From positions 196,542-260,541 of the forward strand of contig NMRA01000331.1 in NCBI GenBank assembly GCA_002633005.1: 64,000 nt of DNA, in the 5' to 3' direction. Source of the DNA: Phoronis australis (lineage: Eukaryota; Animalia; Phoronida). Shown here in pieces: positions 42,301-56,000 of the stretch (position 1 is the stretch's first letter; each line of letters opens with the position of its first letter). A program made the translations under genes and the position numbers. Under the pieces are notes generated by a model that made no database searches, was not told where the DNA came from, and worked only from the letters and a program-made list of their open reading frames with translations.

Positions 42301-44807
42301 GATTTCAGCATAAGATCATAATGCTGTCGAGAATAGGGTCCTCTAGTATAGGAATCTAGGTGATCCTCGTGGTGTTCCTACTTAGCAGTAACTATCTTCG
42401 TACATAAATGTTCTCATAGTTGCAACATTCACGTATTCAAAATAGGTTTCCGGGGTACTAAATAACGAATTTAGTTGTAACTTTGTAGACGCTAGATCTC
42501 CTGTTGGCCAGTCGCTTTGGCTTGCGGAGATTTTACAAGATACACAGCGATATGTTTGTTGGGACCTAACATTCGGTTGAGACTTCCGTCGATGTATCCT
42601 AGTGTTTGGAAAGACTTATAAATAGATAGAATCTCGTGCAAGGCAAATTTCTGTAGCGAGTCTAAGTTGCGAGCAACGGCTTAGTCCCGATGATCGACTT
42701 AGTCTTAGACGTACGGCAACAGCTGAGTGAACTACACGTCAGTTGTTGCCTTCACAGGCATTTAGCGAACACAGTATTTGCTTTATTATGTGGGGACTCA
42801 TTAGCTAACTACTGTGAACGTGTAAGGAATGCTTTACCTGGCAAACTCTTCAATCACAGGGTATGCTTTAGTAGACTTTCAACTTTAAGTACTCTTCTCT
42901 AGCTCCCGCATTTCGGTCACCGGACACACAATGACCACGAGACTCCAGGCAGCAGACATAATCGATATTTAATACAATGACGTCGTGTACCGTTTCGTTC
43001 TCATTAAGTGTCAAACCAACAATTTCCAAATGCGATCCCGTTCAATCAACGGGTGTGCCGTTTCATAATTCGCACAAGCCGATACTTCACAGCGATATCA
43101 TGCCACCCTCTTTTGACGATTAACTGGACCTCTCTCGTGTAACTAGCTGTGTTTCCCCCGGCAAGACGTTGATAACGCAACACACGTGCTGAATCGTCTA
43201 TCTATATTTGCCCACGTCAAGAATTAAATTTACAAGCAGACGTTGTAAGCGATGACCATCGTTCTAAAGGCGTCCAATCATGTTGTTTGGAGTAGTCTAT
43301 TACAAGTGTTTATAATATAATTTATAATTTATTATGCAGGGAGTAGATATAATATGGCTGTCGCACTTTATGAACATAAAGTGCCTCACCTATAAACACG
43401 GCTCACTCGATTCAGTATCTCGATGCCCGAACTTACAAACACGTCTCGTCGACGGCCAAACACGGTGCTGACCTCACAAAACACGCCTCATGCACCTACT
43501 GAAAAATCACAGGTCAGTCACCCCCTCATAAATTCGTACCTGGACTAACAAACATCTACAGTGCACTGCTCCACGTCCGTCTACCGTGTCGAGCGGTCAG
43601 TGAGTCGTGTAACTCCGGAGCTTTGTCTTTGTGTGCGATACATTTGTGCATTTGTCGTGTTAAATCAGTCACTAGTTGTGTGCCGTTTGTACGCATTAAA
43701 AGCCGTAGTATATCACAACAATTAACAAAATTGGTTTTAATTAATTTTAAGGACACTAGCAGTTCCCACTAAAATATGAAATTGTAGATTTTTTCATCCA
43801 ACTCATTGAATATCAAATTAAAGCATACAATGTGTTAGTTGAATGATGGCTGAACTAAAGTGCGAATTTATCTATTTATCTGGCACTGCCAGTCGCATCA
43901 GGTGTGATATTTTTACAAATTGATGAGAGAAACAACTTTGAAAACACTTGGGAAATGTACAGGCAATATAGCAAGACACTTGAGAATCTTAAAAGTGAGG
44001 GGAGGTGATGTGAAGGAGGTGGAATCTGTCCTCCCGAGAAGTTGTCTGCCTTTGAGGCAAGAGTGCAACACTAGGAGCTAGATAATCTACCGTAGTAGAT
44101 TCACTTGCCCGAATCATCGATACAACCCTCAACATATTCTGGTGTCGCCAAAGACACTGAGTACACAGGAGTGGAAATCCGACAGAGGTCTGAAAAATTA
44201 CCAAAGACGTAAAATCAAGGTTCAACGTCCTGCTTCGTGTGAGCTCAGGTAGGAATCACCAAACTCCAGGGTCTGACCCTGAGGAATATCTTCAGGAGCA
44301 CGTCATTCATGCATAAATACTTATATTGGCGCACCGTGATTGCTTATAACTCGGGTCTTATTTCAAATGTCTTGAAATATACATATATGCAGTGACAGTA
44401 GTACAGATTGTTACACAACTACATGACTGCAGAGGGGAACAGCTGATCAAAATGAATGCCATACCAACAGTGATAGCAATATCCTGTCTGTGAAAAATTA
44501 TGTTATTAAGTTCATAACTTTTGTAACGCAGGTAGGACTGCAACAAGTACCCGAAATAACAGAACTTTTGTCCAGCCTCCCGTTCAGTAACGCTAGGACC
44601 TTGCTTAAAAGCAAGACTTTGCGAGATTACGCGAGATATTGCCGTGTATTTAAATAACAGCACGTGACCTTGACTATAGCTTTTGGCTAGGTCCTAGCGT
44701 AGGTCCTAGCGTCTACTGAACGCACGCCAGGGCTGTCGTTCGGTTGTGGTCCTCGAATTTTTCTCTTCGCATGGGCGGCGCACCATAGGGGGCTGGGGGG
44801 GGGGGGG

Positions 44808-45494
44808 NNNNNNNNNNNNNNNNNNNNNNNNNNNNNNNNNNNNNNNNNNNNNNNNNNNNNNNNNNNNNNNNNNNNNNNNNNNNNNNNNNNNNNNNNNNNN
44901 NNNNNNNNNNNNNNNNNNNNNNNNNNNNNNNNNNNNNNNNNNNNNNNNNNNNNNNNNNNNNNNNNNNNNNNNNNNNNNNNNNNNNNNNNNNNNNNNNNNN
45001 NNNNNNNNNNNNNNNNNNNNNNNNNNNNNNNNNNNNNNNNNNNNNNNNNNNNNNNNNNNNNNNNNNNNNNNNNNNNNNNNNNNNNNNNNNNNNNNNNNNN
45101 NNNNNNNNNNNNNNNNNNNNNNNNNNNNNNNNNNNNNNNNNNNNNNNNNNNNNNNNNNNNNNNNNNNNNNNNNNNNNNNNNNNNNNNNNNNNNNNNNNNN
45201 NNNNNNNNNNNNNNNNNNNNNNNNNNNNNNNNNNNNNNNNNNNNNNNNNNNNNNNNNNNNNNNNNNNNNNNNNNNNNNNNNNNNNNNNNNNNNNNNNNNN
45301 NNNNNNNNNNNNNNNNNNNNNNNNNNNNNNNNNNNNNNNNNNNNNNNNNNNNNNNNNNNNNNNNNNNNNNNNNNNNNNNNNNNNNNNNNNNNNNNNNNNN
45401 NNNNNNNNNNNNNNNNNNNNNNNNNNNNNNNNNNNNNNNNNNNNNNNNNNNNNNNNNNNNNNNNNNNNNNNNNNNNNNNNNNNNNNNNNNNNNN
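44808..45494. other. Assembly gap (687 N)
   Basis: Run of N, preceded by a G homopolymer. Confidence 1.
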
Positions 45495-45563
45495 ATCTCC
45501 TAAGCCCCTCGCAGGATCTTGATGAGATTTGGCAGATGTGTTCCTATGAAGCTGACGACGGAT
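45495..45563 (+). mobile_element. Fragment of the same Helentron-like family, opposite orientation, abutting the assembly gap
   Basis: Its reverse complement (CATCCGTCGTCAGCTTCATAGGAACACATCTGCCAAATCTCATCAAGATC...) aligns with 37481-37550. Confidence 0.6.
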
Positions 45564-45599
<36 letters not shown>

Positions 45600-45602
45600 C
45601 AG
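45564..45602. repeat. (GA)n microsatellite
   Basis: Directly visible. Confidence 0.9.
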
Positions 45603-46440
45603 AAAACGCTTTTATTTACATTACATAATAATAATACATTGATTAAAATTTGATTTCAATTAGGAGGCCTTCTAAAGGTTATTGACCGCTAATAAGAAGG
45701 TCCCCTGTACAAGATAAACAAATGGAAATGCAAAACTCAGTAGGAATACTTAAGAAAACAGTGAATTAGTGCTGAAAACGACCGATACGCCAGGAACCAA
45801 GAAGTAAACTGGCACAGCTCAGGAGATTTTGAGAATACAATTAGATACTGTTACATATGAAGCAATTGGAAATATGACAAACTGGATCGTAGTTGCTAAT
45901 AATAAAATTGGTTAAGAACCTGGAGAATGAACATGCAACAAAATAAATTTCCAATACAGCTGATTGAATATAACTATGAATTTTCAGGGATAAGCAGAAG
46001 CTGCCAGATAAAACAGTCTGACTTAGTAAAATCTCAGAGTCGGTCAAAAGAAAGCGAGTAGATTTGGGTACTAGAGTAACTGTAAGTACTTGAAAAATCT
46101 GTAACAAATTTCTTAATCTCATAAAATCGGTCAATTGTTTTATGTTACAATGTTATGAAGAGAAATATATGCAAACTCATGCATTTCACAAAGAAGGCTG
46201 ACACATAGGTAGCGCGGATAATTTAAATCGGTAGGATTCAATATTTACTACATGTAGTGTGTCATACTTCTGTTTTATACCTTTGTCCTACCGCCAGATA
46301 CATATAAATTCATTTTGTAAATTTTTATAATCAAATCTGAATGACTTATTTGTGATGCCTTCACTCATATATTTTCTGAGCTAAAATGGCCACATTGCTA
46401 AATTTAATATGTTTAATTTTTTCATCACTACAATTTTAGG

Positions 46441-47304
46441 AATCAGGAAAGGCTTATGCTGAAAAAGTGGCTTCTGCTGAAGTTCAAGACCTGTCGATTA
46501 TTAGTAAAGGTTGGGTATGGAAAAGTTCAAAACCAGCAAGAAGGTACCCTGAACCTTTGAAAAAATTCCTTCTGGACAAATATGTGAGAGGGCTAGAGAG
46601 AGGCCGACAAGTCTACATCCAGAAGATGTGTCAAAGAGAATTTGTAATTTGAGGAACAAGTCGGGGAACGGGGAAAAGTATTTGTCAAAGATTACTGGCT
46701 TATACCACAACAGGTCCAAAGTAATTTGTTGAAATAGGCCACTCTCAGCAAATGTGGGAAACTGAGACAGTTATATGTAGGAGATATGACAGAAGTGGAG
46801 TATACATTGGAAAGAGACAATCTGCGCTTTAAGATCGTCAAGGATGTAGCATTGTAAAAATTCAAAGAGAAAACAGTACAGTGGCTGGACCTGTAAATAC
46901 TCTGGCTGATCGATCTGCTAAATCTGGTGGTGGCATTGTTATGTCAGAACAGCTGTGTAGGGAAGTAGGCATGTGTTGTTGCAAGCTTTGTTTGCCCAGA
47001 ACTGCTGTGCGAACAGCACAAATTTAAATTTACCTGGATTGAATCTTTGTCCAGCCACCGATCATGATTCTGGTCCAGTGGAATAACTTGGTACAGCCAC
47101 ATAGTTACTGGGTGCGCGCATGAACATTAGACAGTCTTTACAGCGTGAAAACATAGCTGCGAAGCCGTGAAATGTGTCTGAGCCTATAACTTTGGCAGAA
47201 CGTAATATTTTGGGAAATTGTTTTACCATTGTTTATACATCCCACCTTATGTGTCAAATTTGGTGAAAATCGGCTGACCCCCACCTTGCCTGGCTGGTGC
47301 TCTC
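46441..47304 (+). mobile_element. Sola3-like transposase C-terminal relic with possible right end
   Basis: After acceptor ttttag: KGWVWKSSKPARRYPEPLKKFLLDKYVRGLERG then shifted PEDVSKRI..WLIPQQVQS, resembling the GWALK..RF..YL..G..G.K..P..V..LT.QQI pattern I associate with Sola3; end GGTGCTCTC near 47304 lacks TTAA. Confidence 0.5.
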
Positions 47305-50300
47305 GTGGACTAAAATTTTTCGTGTCGATTTTGGCACCAACTACTGTTCGTTTCGGTATTATACCGGTATGTTTCGTGTCTATATTGGGTAGACTACTTG
47401 CTGGTGCCCAAGAGGGGATTGAGGAGAGGTCGTATAGACAGTTTATGTTATGTACTTAGATACTCGTGACGATTGTGAAGTAGATAATTGTGAGTAGGAA
47501 CAGTCTCTTAACTTAAAATAGGAAAGTTCATGCACGCGCTTCTCATAGCGCTTTTGAAAAAACGCATGACAACAGTAGGGTATATTTCACACACCAAATG
47601 GATTTCGTAAGAGTAAAGAGAAGTTTAAAACGTCAAAAACTTATTTTCCTATATATAAGCTACAGAAATAATTTAAGCAGAATGAGTGTGTCTTCAGTAG
47701 TTTTATGGGGTCAAAAACAGAATACCTAGAACAGTTATGACCCAGGAATAAATGTATTAAAAGTAAAAAGTCCTTTTCAGAATGATATAGCAAAGCATAG
47801 TTGGTGGTAAGGTGGAGATCGAAAATAAACAAGCAAACTGCAACCTGGAAGTGACACGAATGTAAGGATGGTGATGAACCAAACTGCTACTCTAATTTGA
47901 ATAACGAACAGCACAAGCAAACTGCAATGCACTCTGAAGTCCAACCGTCATAGACATAAATGCATTGTACATATATTCCTCATTCAAATTTAAAATTGCC
48001 TACTTTTCATTACGTAATATTGTCACCACATTTTGATATGATAATAGACACTCGCTCTATGTGTATAGTTGTTAAATGAAACCCAATCGTTTCAGTGTAA
48101 TTTTTGGCTATATTGCGACTTTCCTGGATAAATTTTCAAATTAATCAAGTTCCCACTGCTTCTAACTAATTACGCATGCGTCACTCCACGAACGTTCGCG
48201 GTCCCAATCATTCTCCATCCGCCTTGTTCACATGCACTTGTAAAACCAGGTCTAAACGACACCACAATATTTTCAAGAAAAATTTGATTTAAAAATTGGG
48301 TCACATATCATAAATTTACATTAAAGACGTAGTACTCTTTTTCGCATAGTCGTAGGTGGATCTGAAAAAAATCAAATATGAAACAACATAAATGTTACAA
48401 AAGAATTATGTTATGGGGAAAACGCTTTACACAAGGGTGAATCACTTTTTGAATGGATCCCTCTAAATCGCCTTATCTTTCTAGAAGGGTGTTTTTATGG
48501 CGCCGACTACAGATGTGTGTCTAAATTTTTAAGCGCTGAATAATGGAGTGTTTACCCAGTAACTCAACTTGTTGGCTCTATCCAAACGCTGTAGCCTAGA
48601 AAAAATTGTTTATCTCTAGTCACTAACTTGTGAACATGGGCAAGAGTTCCAATACTTTTGCCACGCCCATGGAAGGCCGTGTGTGTACTACCAAATTGCA
48701 CTGTCACAATAAAATTACGCTGCTTTTACAAAACCAACGCAAATTTGAACACTGGAGATCCAATACAAAAATGTATCGGCATGTGGTTTCACCTTTATTT
48801 CACATAAGTGTATGTGCATTGTCACATAGGTATATGTGCATTGTCACATTTTTGCAGTTATCATACCACTCCGCTAACGCGCACTGTGCATCTGATTTAG
48901 TCGCAACACCCTCCCGTCAACGAAATTACCATTATATACCCCATACATACCACTAAAAAGAGCGTTTACGAATATAATGTTATATTGTTTTTTTAGACCC
49001 CATATCACAATAAAACTAGTCCCACTTAGTTCCTCACTCAGGTAACAAGTGGTTTCTCGGCTTGGAAAGAACAAACAGTTCGTTACTACTGGAGACCGTG
49101 GTGGTCCGCGCATGGAATAAGCTGTAACACACTTTGACAAGCCAACCTGGTGAACATGGTCTCAGCCAAACAATACTAACGAACTGCCAGTTCTTTCAAC
49201 GAAGGTCAAAGTTTCATAACTGTCAGTCATCTTAAAGAAGTTCATTTTTGAGGAAAGGCTGGTGCATAGCAACTTTTTAAAGAAACTATTTCAATCCTTT
49301 ACATTCAGCAAATGAGAACAGATGATGAATTTAGTCCTGGAAAGATATCACTAAAATATAAACATCTTGCAACTTTCAACCATGTTCATGTTTGCCTCAT
49401 TTTACTGCTACTTTTTAATTTTTTTATAGTGGGCTGGGTTTACGGGGAAACTTGTATACATATGGGGAAACTTGTATACATATGGGGGCAGCTGAATGAG
49501 TACCATAATACAGGAGTCGACTCTCACACTCAACAGCAATCATTTTAGGTGGTGGTGCCCATCAAAAATAAAACAAAAGTAAAAAAATCCTATTAAATTC
49601 AGTTAAGTTTTAAAACGTTTGGAGTTTTGTTGAGTATTGTTTGGGCTTAAATTTCAACTGACCTAACTCGCACTAAAATCCGTTTTGTCAAGATTTTAAC
49701 TAAAATGGTTCGGAAAGAGTGCCTTTGAAGAGTAGGACCTACCATACATTTTGCTGGTTTGTTGGACATACTGGCTTCATAACACAGCTGAAGGAAACCT
49801 TTGAATCACACAACAAAATCCTGAGTTTGATTCAATGACATGTTGTGCGGTACACCATAAACTAATCTATTCTGTTTTTGGAGGTGACTTTCTAAAGTTC
49901 CCTGGAGCAGCTGGTGATGGTTGTGATTGAATTCTAGTGGAATGAGCATGAAAATTTACTCAGCATCTGCGCCATGGAAACCCCGTGTGCATCATAGACT
50001 ATAGTACATGGTGTGCATGTACAAATGCAAGTCTCATTCCACTCTAAAGACTCACTGCTGGGAACATGAATCAGAACTTGACATAATGAATACTAGGATT
50101 ACAAAGGAAAAAAATAGGAATTGAGAATGGCGATATGAAGAGACTCGTATTGGCTTGTTGTAGAGGTGCACTTAGTCAATTCAGCAATGCTGACACTTAG
50201 TTGTGATTCGACTCTTATATAACTTACATGACAACTGCCACCTTCAGAACAACAGATGAGATGGAAATAACTCAGTTTAATGGTAAGGACAACAAAATGG

Positions 50301-50407
50301 GTGATAACCATGATATTGAGCATGAAAGGTACCCATATTTATCGATCTACAAAGACACAGTCCTCAAAGTACATTTCAAAAGTCAGTAATAGAATCGTGC
50401 TTGCATT

Positions 50408-50643
50408 TTAATCTTTTTCAGCAATTGCAACCAAGTAGGTGTCGATCTCTTGCTCTGTCAAGACGCGAAATTTCGGGTTGTCCCTTGTGATAATTCCTAC
50501 TTCTATCTCTGTTGGCTTGAAGTCGGCTGATAAGATTGTTGATAAACATGTGACTGCCACCTCCACAACTTCATCTGTACTGAAATCTTGCTTCTTCTTG
50601 ATTTTCTTTTCCAAGAAACTGGTAGCTTCCAGTTGTTTCACAC
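50408..50643 (-). CDS. PSMA6: Proteasome subunit alpha type-6, exon 2 of 2 (236 nt, with stop)
   Basis: Acceptor cttgcag|GTGTG; G+GT restores Gly, then [13 protein letters not shown]...[32 protein letters not shown]. 505+236=741 nt = 246 aa + stop, the usual PSMA6 length. Confidence 0.96.
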
Positions 50644-50896
50644 CTGCAAGAGGCAGTTGCACAATGTGTAACAGGCAACGACACAATGACACACCATTAC
50701 TGTTATTAAAGCTTAGAATGTAATATGCAGAACCAGTGTTCTGCTTGTTAAAATTCAGTTACTGTAGATATTAACAGTTGGTGGTGGTGTACTTTAACAC
50801 GAGTTAAAACACCATGGCTAATATTGGAGCACTTTGCAAGCAATAATGTATTGATGCCACTATTGATCATACAATTTGTCAAGCCAGCAGTTCACC

Positions 50897-51051
50897 TTAA
50901 TGGTAAAAGTCGAGTAAATGGGGACCCCTTGAAAATGGCTGCCGGGAACCACTTTTGACTGAATAAGGGCAATGGCCGTTATTCTGTGAAAACTGGTTCC
51001 CAGCAGTCAATTTGAAAAGGAACCGATTCAGTCAACTTTTGCCTACCTTAA
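50897..51051. repeat. TTAA-flanked imperfect foldback (MITE-like) in PSMA6 intron
   Basis: GGCTGCCGGGAACCACTTTTGACTGAATAA pairs with TTATTCTGTGAAAACTGGTTCCCAGCAGTC; outer arms GGTAAAAGTCGA / TCAACTTTTGCC. Confidence 0.55.
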
Positions 51052-51381
51052 GTTTAGTTTGTTTCATTGTGTTCAAGAAATTTATAATCGTAATTGTTGT
51101 GGAGTTGCAGATCTGTTGAACAAATGATAATGAAGCGATCCATTTTCCCTCTAGATAAACAATTGTTTAATCAAAGTGAAACCCTTCATGAAAAGCTTCA
51201 AACACTGATAGCTCGTATAACATACGCCACATTTGTACACAGAGTATGTCCAAACAATATCTAATTAGTTTGTTTGCATCTACTACTGCAATTCATACAT
51301 TGCCCTTATTTATCAACACTAATGCAAAAAAAGTAAAAAAACACCTAAAGCTGGAGTCATAAGTACTCGGAGTCACAAGTA

Positions 51382-52409
51382 GGGGTAGTTCGGGGAAACT
51401 CGGACGGCGGTAAAATTTGGACAAGTCTAAATAAACGTCAAATATATTAACAACCAAGATGCCTTACCACTAAATGAAAGGATTATTCACTTCTTAGAAC
51501 AATAGTAGGAATTTATTTATCACCTCACTTGAATTACAACAAAATTTCAACAGATATGAGACATGTTCAGCACCTTATGTCGCTCTGCCGTCTGCTTCGC
51601 GTGCTGATTTTGAAAGTCTGCAGTATGTACACTGTCTTTTCCAACTTTTATTTAGGTCACTTGGTCACTTGTCATGTAAATGAACTTGAATTTACTTGAT
51701 GCACAATTCATCACTATGCAGTTTTATGAGTTAATTCCAATAAAAAAACTTACAAAAAAGCATGATTTGATCAAAAAAAAAACAGAGTCCGAATTTCCCC
51801 TCCAACTTTTTGTATGCTGCGGGGAAATTCGGCCACTCGTGTTTTTAGGCTACTAGACACTTTTCTTGACGTTTTCTTGAGAGATTTTCGTAATCACGTG
51901 ATGACCTCCTGTTTTAAGAGGTCAATCCAAAACTTAATTTGTCAACAACAATGGCGCTGTTTACCATGTGGGCTGTACACAAATCGGTAAGGGCGGAGGT
52001 ACTTTTACGTTGTTTATGTGGCCAGGACATGATGACTTCTTAAATTTTATTATTTGTCAGGTGAAAGGACTGCAAAATAATACCTAAATTCATTTTTTGA
52101 AATCATAAATTACTGTTGTATATTTTGCCAGAGTTTTACCTATTCAGAATTTGCTGGTCCGAATTTTCCCGAAACTCCGTCCGACTTTCCCCACCTGCGT
52201 CCGAATTTCCCCAATTTTGACCATTGTTATTATTTTTAAAATCCGAAGGCATTGGAAGTGAACTAGTAACAAAGAATCTCATTGGTTGGTTTCTCAAATG
52301 ATTTGCGGAGATCCCATTACTCGTCTAATGTTATTAGCTGACACATAAACCTTCAGTAGTAGGTAAGCAAGTCGAGCTAGGTTTTGTCCGAATTTACCCG
52401 AACTTTCCC
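51382..52409. mobile_element. ~1.03-kb non-autonomous TIR element with TA target-site duplication, in the PSMA6 intron
   Basis: Left GGGGTAGTTCGGGGAAACTCGGAC, right GTCCGAATTTACCCGAACTTTCCC, both flanked by TA; internal repeats of GTCCGAATTTCCCC near 51787 and 52157-52212. Confidence 0.8.
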
Positions 52410-52492
52410 TACTCTGAGTTGACAATAGTTTTGTAATATAGAGCCCTGTTATACCAGGAAGACCGATCCTAACAAATGTGAAAATTTATTAC

Positions 52493-52997
52493 CAGCAGCA
52501 CAAGCTTTGTAGCCGCAGTAATACCCAGCAGGGTCGGTTTTATACAGCTGGGCTCCATTCTCATCATCCCAACCAATCAAGATCATGCTGCATCCAAGAG
52601 GTCTCATTTCAGCACTCTGGGTGTAAACTTGCGATATATCAGCAATCCTTTTACAGAGATTATCAACAGGCATATCGTAACCAAACTTGTATTTGAAATT
52701 AGCTGCTTCATATCGAGCTCTTTGAACTTGGGATTTACTGTCCGCAATAAGACCCGTCATGACACATCCTATATTATCTGTTAACCGGAACAGGTGAGAA
52801 ACAGTAGACGAATCAAGAAGTTTGTCGGGAACCTTTTTCTGCGTTACGACAACAGCCCCGTCTTTGCCTCTGACGGCAACTGACGTTAATCCTCCCTGAT
52901 TGATAGCCTTGAAAGCATATTCTACTTGATACAGTCTACCTTCAGGTGAAAAAATAGTGATATGACGATCAAATCCAGCGCTGCTTCCACGAGACAT
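52493..52997 (-). CDS. PSMA6: Proteasome subunit alpha type-6, exon 1 of 2 (505 nt, phase-1 donor)
   Basis: [44 protein letters not shown]...[18 protein letters not shown] is the alpha-type proteasome N-terminal signature; homology ends at GCTG|gtaata (intron starts 52492). Confidence 0.97.
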
Positions 52998-53044
52998 TAC
53001 TCAAATTCGATAGGCCGGCTTTTTTCGAATTGTGCAAAATCATT

Positions 53045-53054
53045 CAAGATGGCG
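53045..53054 (-). promoter_or_regulatory. YY1-like site in PSMA6 proximal promoter / 5' UTR
   Basis: Minus strand CGCCATCTTG about 50 nt upstream of the ATG; typical position for housekeeping genes. Motif match only. Confidence 0.4.
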
Positions 53055-56000
53055 ATGTGCGCAGGTAGTGGTATACTGATGTGAGGCTAAACAATGGCAT
53101 AATTATTACAACGCATCGGGCCGAACCTCAAGCCTGGACAAGGCGAAATTTCGGTTCTTGTCATTGCACGTGAGCCCCAGTTCATTGAATGAAGTTTTAA
53201 ACTGTTTTTCACACTCACCAATGTATAATATTATCAACCCAAAGCTAAAGTACCGTGACTGAAATTAATGACGGGCTGTTCGGATGGCGGTCCTCGCCCG
53301 AGAGCAGTGGAGTTGCGGCCGGTGGATGTGAAGGACACCGCACGAAAAGAGTTTTTTTCTAACTGGCCCAATTTCATGGTGTAACGTATTTCATGGCGTC
53401 ATTGGTGGTCAAGCGCTTTATCCAGAGCAACCCAAGGCGTATAGACTGCAAGTCTATCTAAGTTGTTTGACTGAATGCGCCAACTTCAAGTTTCATGTTA
53501 TATGAGTGTAGACGTAAAATGCATGTATGGGCAGCCAGTGGGGATTAGAAAGTGTCTAGGGAGAGGTTCGCCACGGCCGGACCAGACCAGCTTATTAGTG
53601 CAGCTATTGACTCTAAGTGTACTTCTGGTCTCTCGCCAACTGGTCTTCACCGGCACATATCTACTGAGCAGTCACTACTTTTTGGTCTTCGAGTCGCGAT
53701 TAATACTGTGATGTCTAAGTCATTGACTCTCAGTGTACTTCGATCGGGTTCCTCGACGAACTGGTTTTGTGATATCTTACCACAGTGTGCTAGATCTAAA
53801 ACTATTTACCTCCGCTTTGCAGTAATGTTTGGTCCCCCTACAGACTGGATCAACCCAGTATTTTGACAATAGCACATGTGCCTGCTTATTTGTGTAGACA
53901 TTGACTCTTAGTGAACATCTGGTCCATCGGCGAACTGGTATATCTTTTCACCACTGCCTGTACTGTTTATGTTTTGGTTCCGTGAAAATGTTTCCAAGTG
54001 ATTTGTTTCCTCCAAACCAGCGCATCGCGGTACAAATAGATCCGCGCCCCTAAAATCCACGCACACGGCGAAAATGCTCCATAACCGGTGATCAAACTCC
54101 AGTCGGGCCAAAACTCTCCTGTCTATTGGACCCCTCACTATAGGTGAGGAATATAGCCATCGGATCTGGAGTTTGATAAAGGCGGGTATGAAAGTTCGAC
54201 GCGAGTTAAGGTTGGAGACTTGCACTGCGGGTTTGATGTTTGGCAATTACATCGCCCTGTGAATGCCGCAGGACGGTATACGTTGGCGATAGTACGCCCT
54301 CATGAAAAGTTACTCATCTCACAAAGCAGCGATTAAAATCGGATGAAACATGAATATTTACACATGAAGTTGCAATTAACACATTCCATGACTTTGGAGA
54401 CAATTTAGTCAACGTAATTTGAACATATATCCATGAAAATTTGTCGCGGTTCATTCAAGCTTCCCTCATCGGGTGCCATTTTGAGGAATTGTTAAGTGGT
54501 AATAGACGAACAAAACAACCAAGTGACACAAATCTAACAAATTCCACCTGATATCTTCCTATGCAATTTTTGCAAGATCACGCACTTCGTTCTGTTTCGC
54601 GCTAGTCCTTACCTAATTCACATGACGTCAGTTCAAATACTTTGTACATCACGCACAGTGAAAAGTTAACATTGACCAAAAAGTGGAGTTGGAATTATTC
54701 GCCATATTCACCTGAATTCTCGTAGCCACGTTTCATCGATGTGTATAGAACCAGAAAGCATCGCAGAACAAAGTAAATGCTTTTTTAAGTGTAGAATGTA
54801 TTTGTGAAGAGGTGAGCAGATTTCACCTACCGCCCGTTCAAAATACGCGGTACGAACCTGAGTAATGAAAGGGAAGGGAAATATTGTAACTCAGGCCAGC
54901 CAACCGAGGGACCACCTGTTGCATAGTTTGATGTACCGTATGCTACTCTGGTACTCGGAAATTTACAAGGTCATAGGCTCAATTTAGAGGCGTGGTCATG
55001 AGGCTACGGGAACGCTTACTCAGTTGCCAGAAAAAGAATTGTACGATGCTACACATTGTTTTCAAATTCAGTTACATACAATGCTATGGCTACGAAATTT
55101 TGTTAATACTTTTAAAGCGTGAACACGGACTTCTTTATGCGTTCAACGTTTAAGCAAGTTTGTCGGGGAAAACGTGTCAAATCGGATGAAACCAGGTGTC
55201 GTCTTGGGTGGGTTTATTAAAAGGTATTACTTCCTGAACTTCACACAAACAAATACAAGAAAAAACGAGTTGAACGAAACATACACATTTAATAAAGGCG
55301 CAAGTGTGACACGCGGATAACACAAAGTCTCAAATATTAGTTTCAAGAGTGGCCTATGAAAAGACAATTAAATAAAAATAAATGGAAACTTTAACGGGAA
55401 AAGTAAATACGAATGAATATGAGCACACTAAGAATGTTTAATTAAAGCAGGCAGCACAACGTAGAAATGAAAATAATGAATGCAATTTTTATTATTTAAC
55501 ACCCATCATATTCGGGTTTTTTACACGACATATAAGGTGTTTTTGTAATTGAACGCTATGCTTCTAACATATCGTTTTTGACTTTGACCGACTTTAGGTT
55601 CAGCAATAACCTGGCCGTTGCGTAGAACAAAGATTAGTGTCGCTTGTTTCAATTTTGCGACGCGACAAAAATGGAGTCGTGAAATAAGGCAAGTTAAACC
55701 AGCGTTTCGCCCTATTTAGCTGCCTGGATAATGAAAATCGAATTGAGACTTTTTACTCAAGTTGGTCTCGTAATACTCATTACCGTGATAGTATTCCACT
55801 GCCTAACACCTACATGCACCATTTCTGAACTCTAGGGTTGACCGACCCCGATTAATTTTCGAAAAAGTGTCATTTTAGGCGCTAATGGTTTCGACGTTCT
55901 TGCTGGTACCGAAATGAAATCCAATCACAGTAAGGAATATTACGAGACCGAACTCATGCGAGTAAAACACCTGCTTTGGAATTTCGTTTTCTGTGGTTTG

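Noticed and set aside
42180-43560. LTR retrotransposon remnant with PBS-like sequence near 42905-42922
   Set aside because: No paired LTR or recognisable gag/pol motif.
52449-52492. ORF-track C-terminal extension [13 protein letters not shown] and N-terminal extension at 50644-50692 of PSMA6
   Set aside because: Intronic read-through; splicing gives the canonical 246-aa protein.
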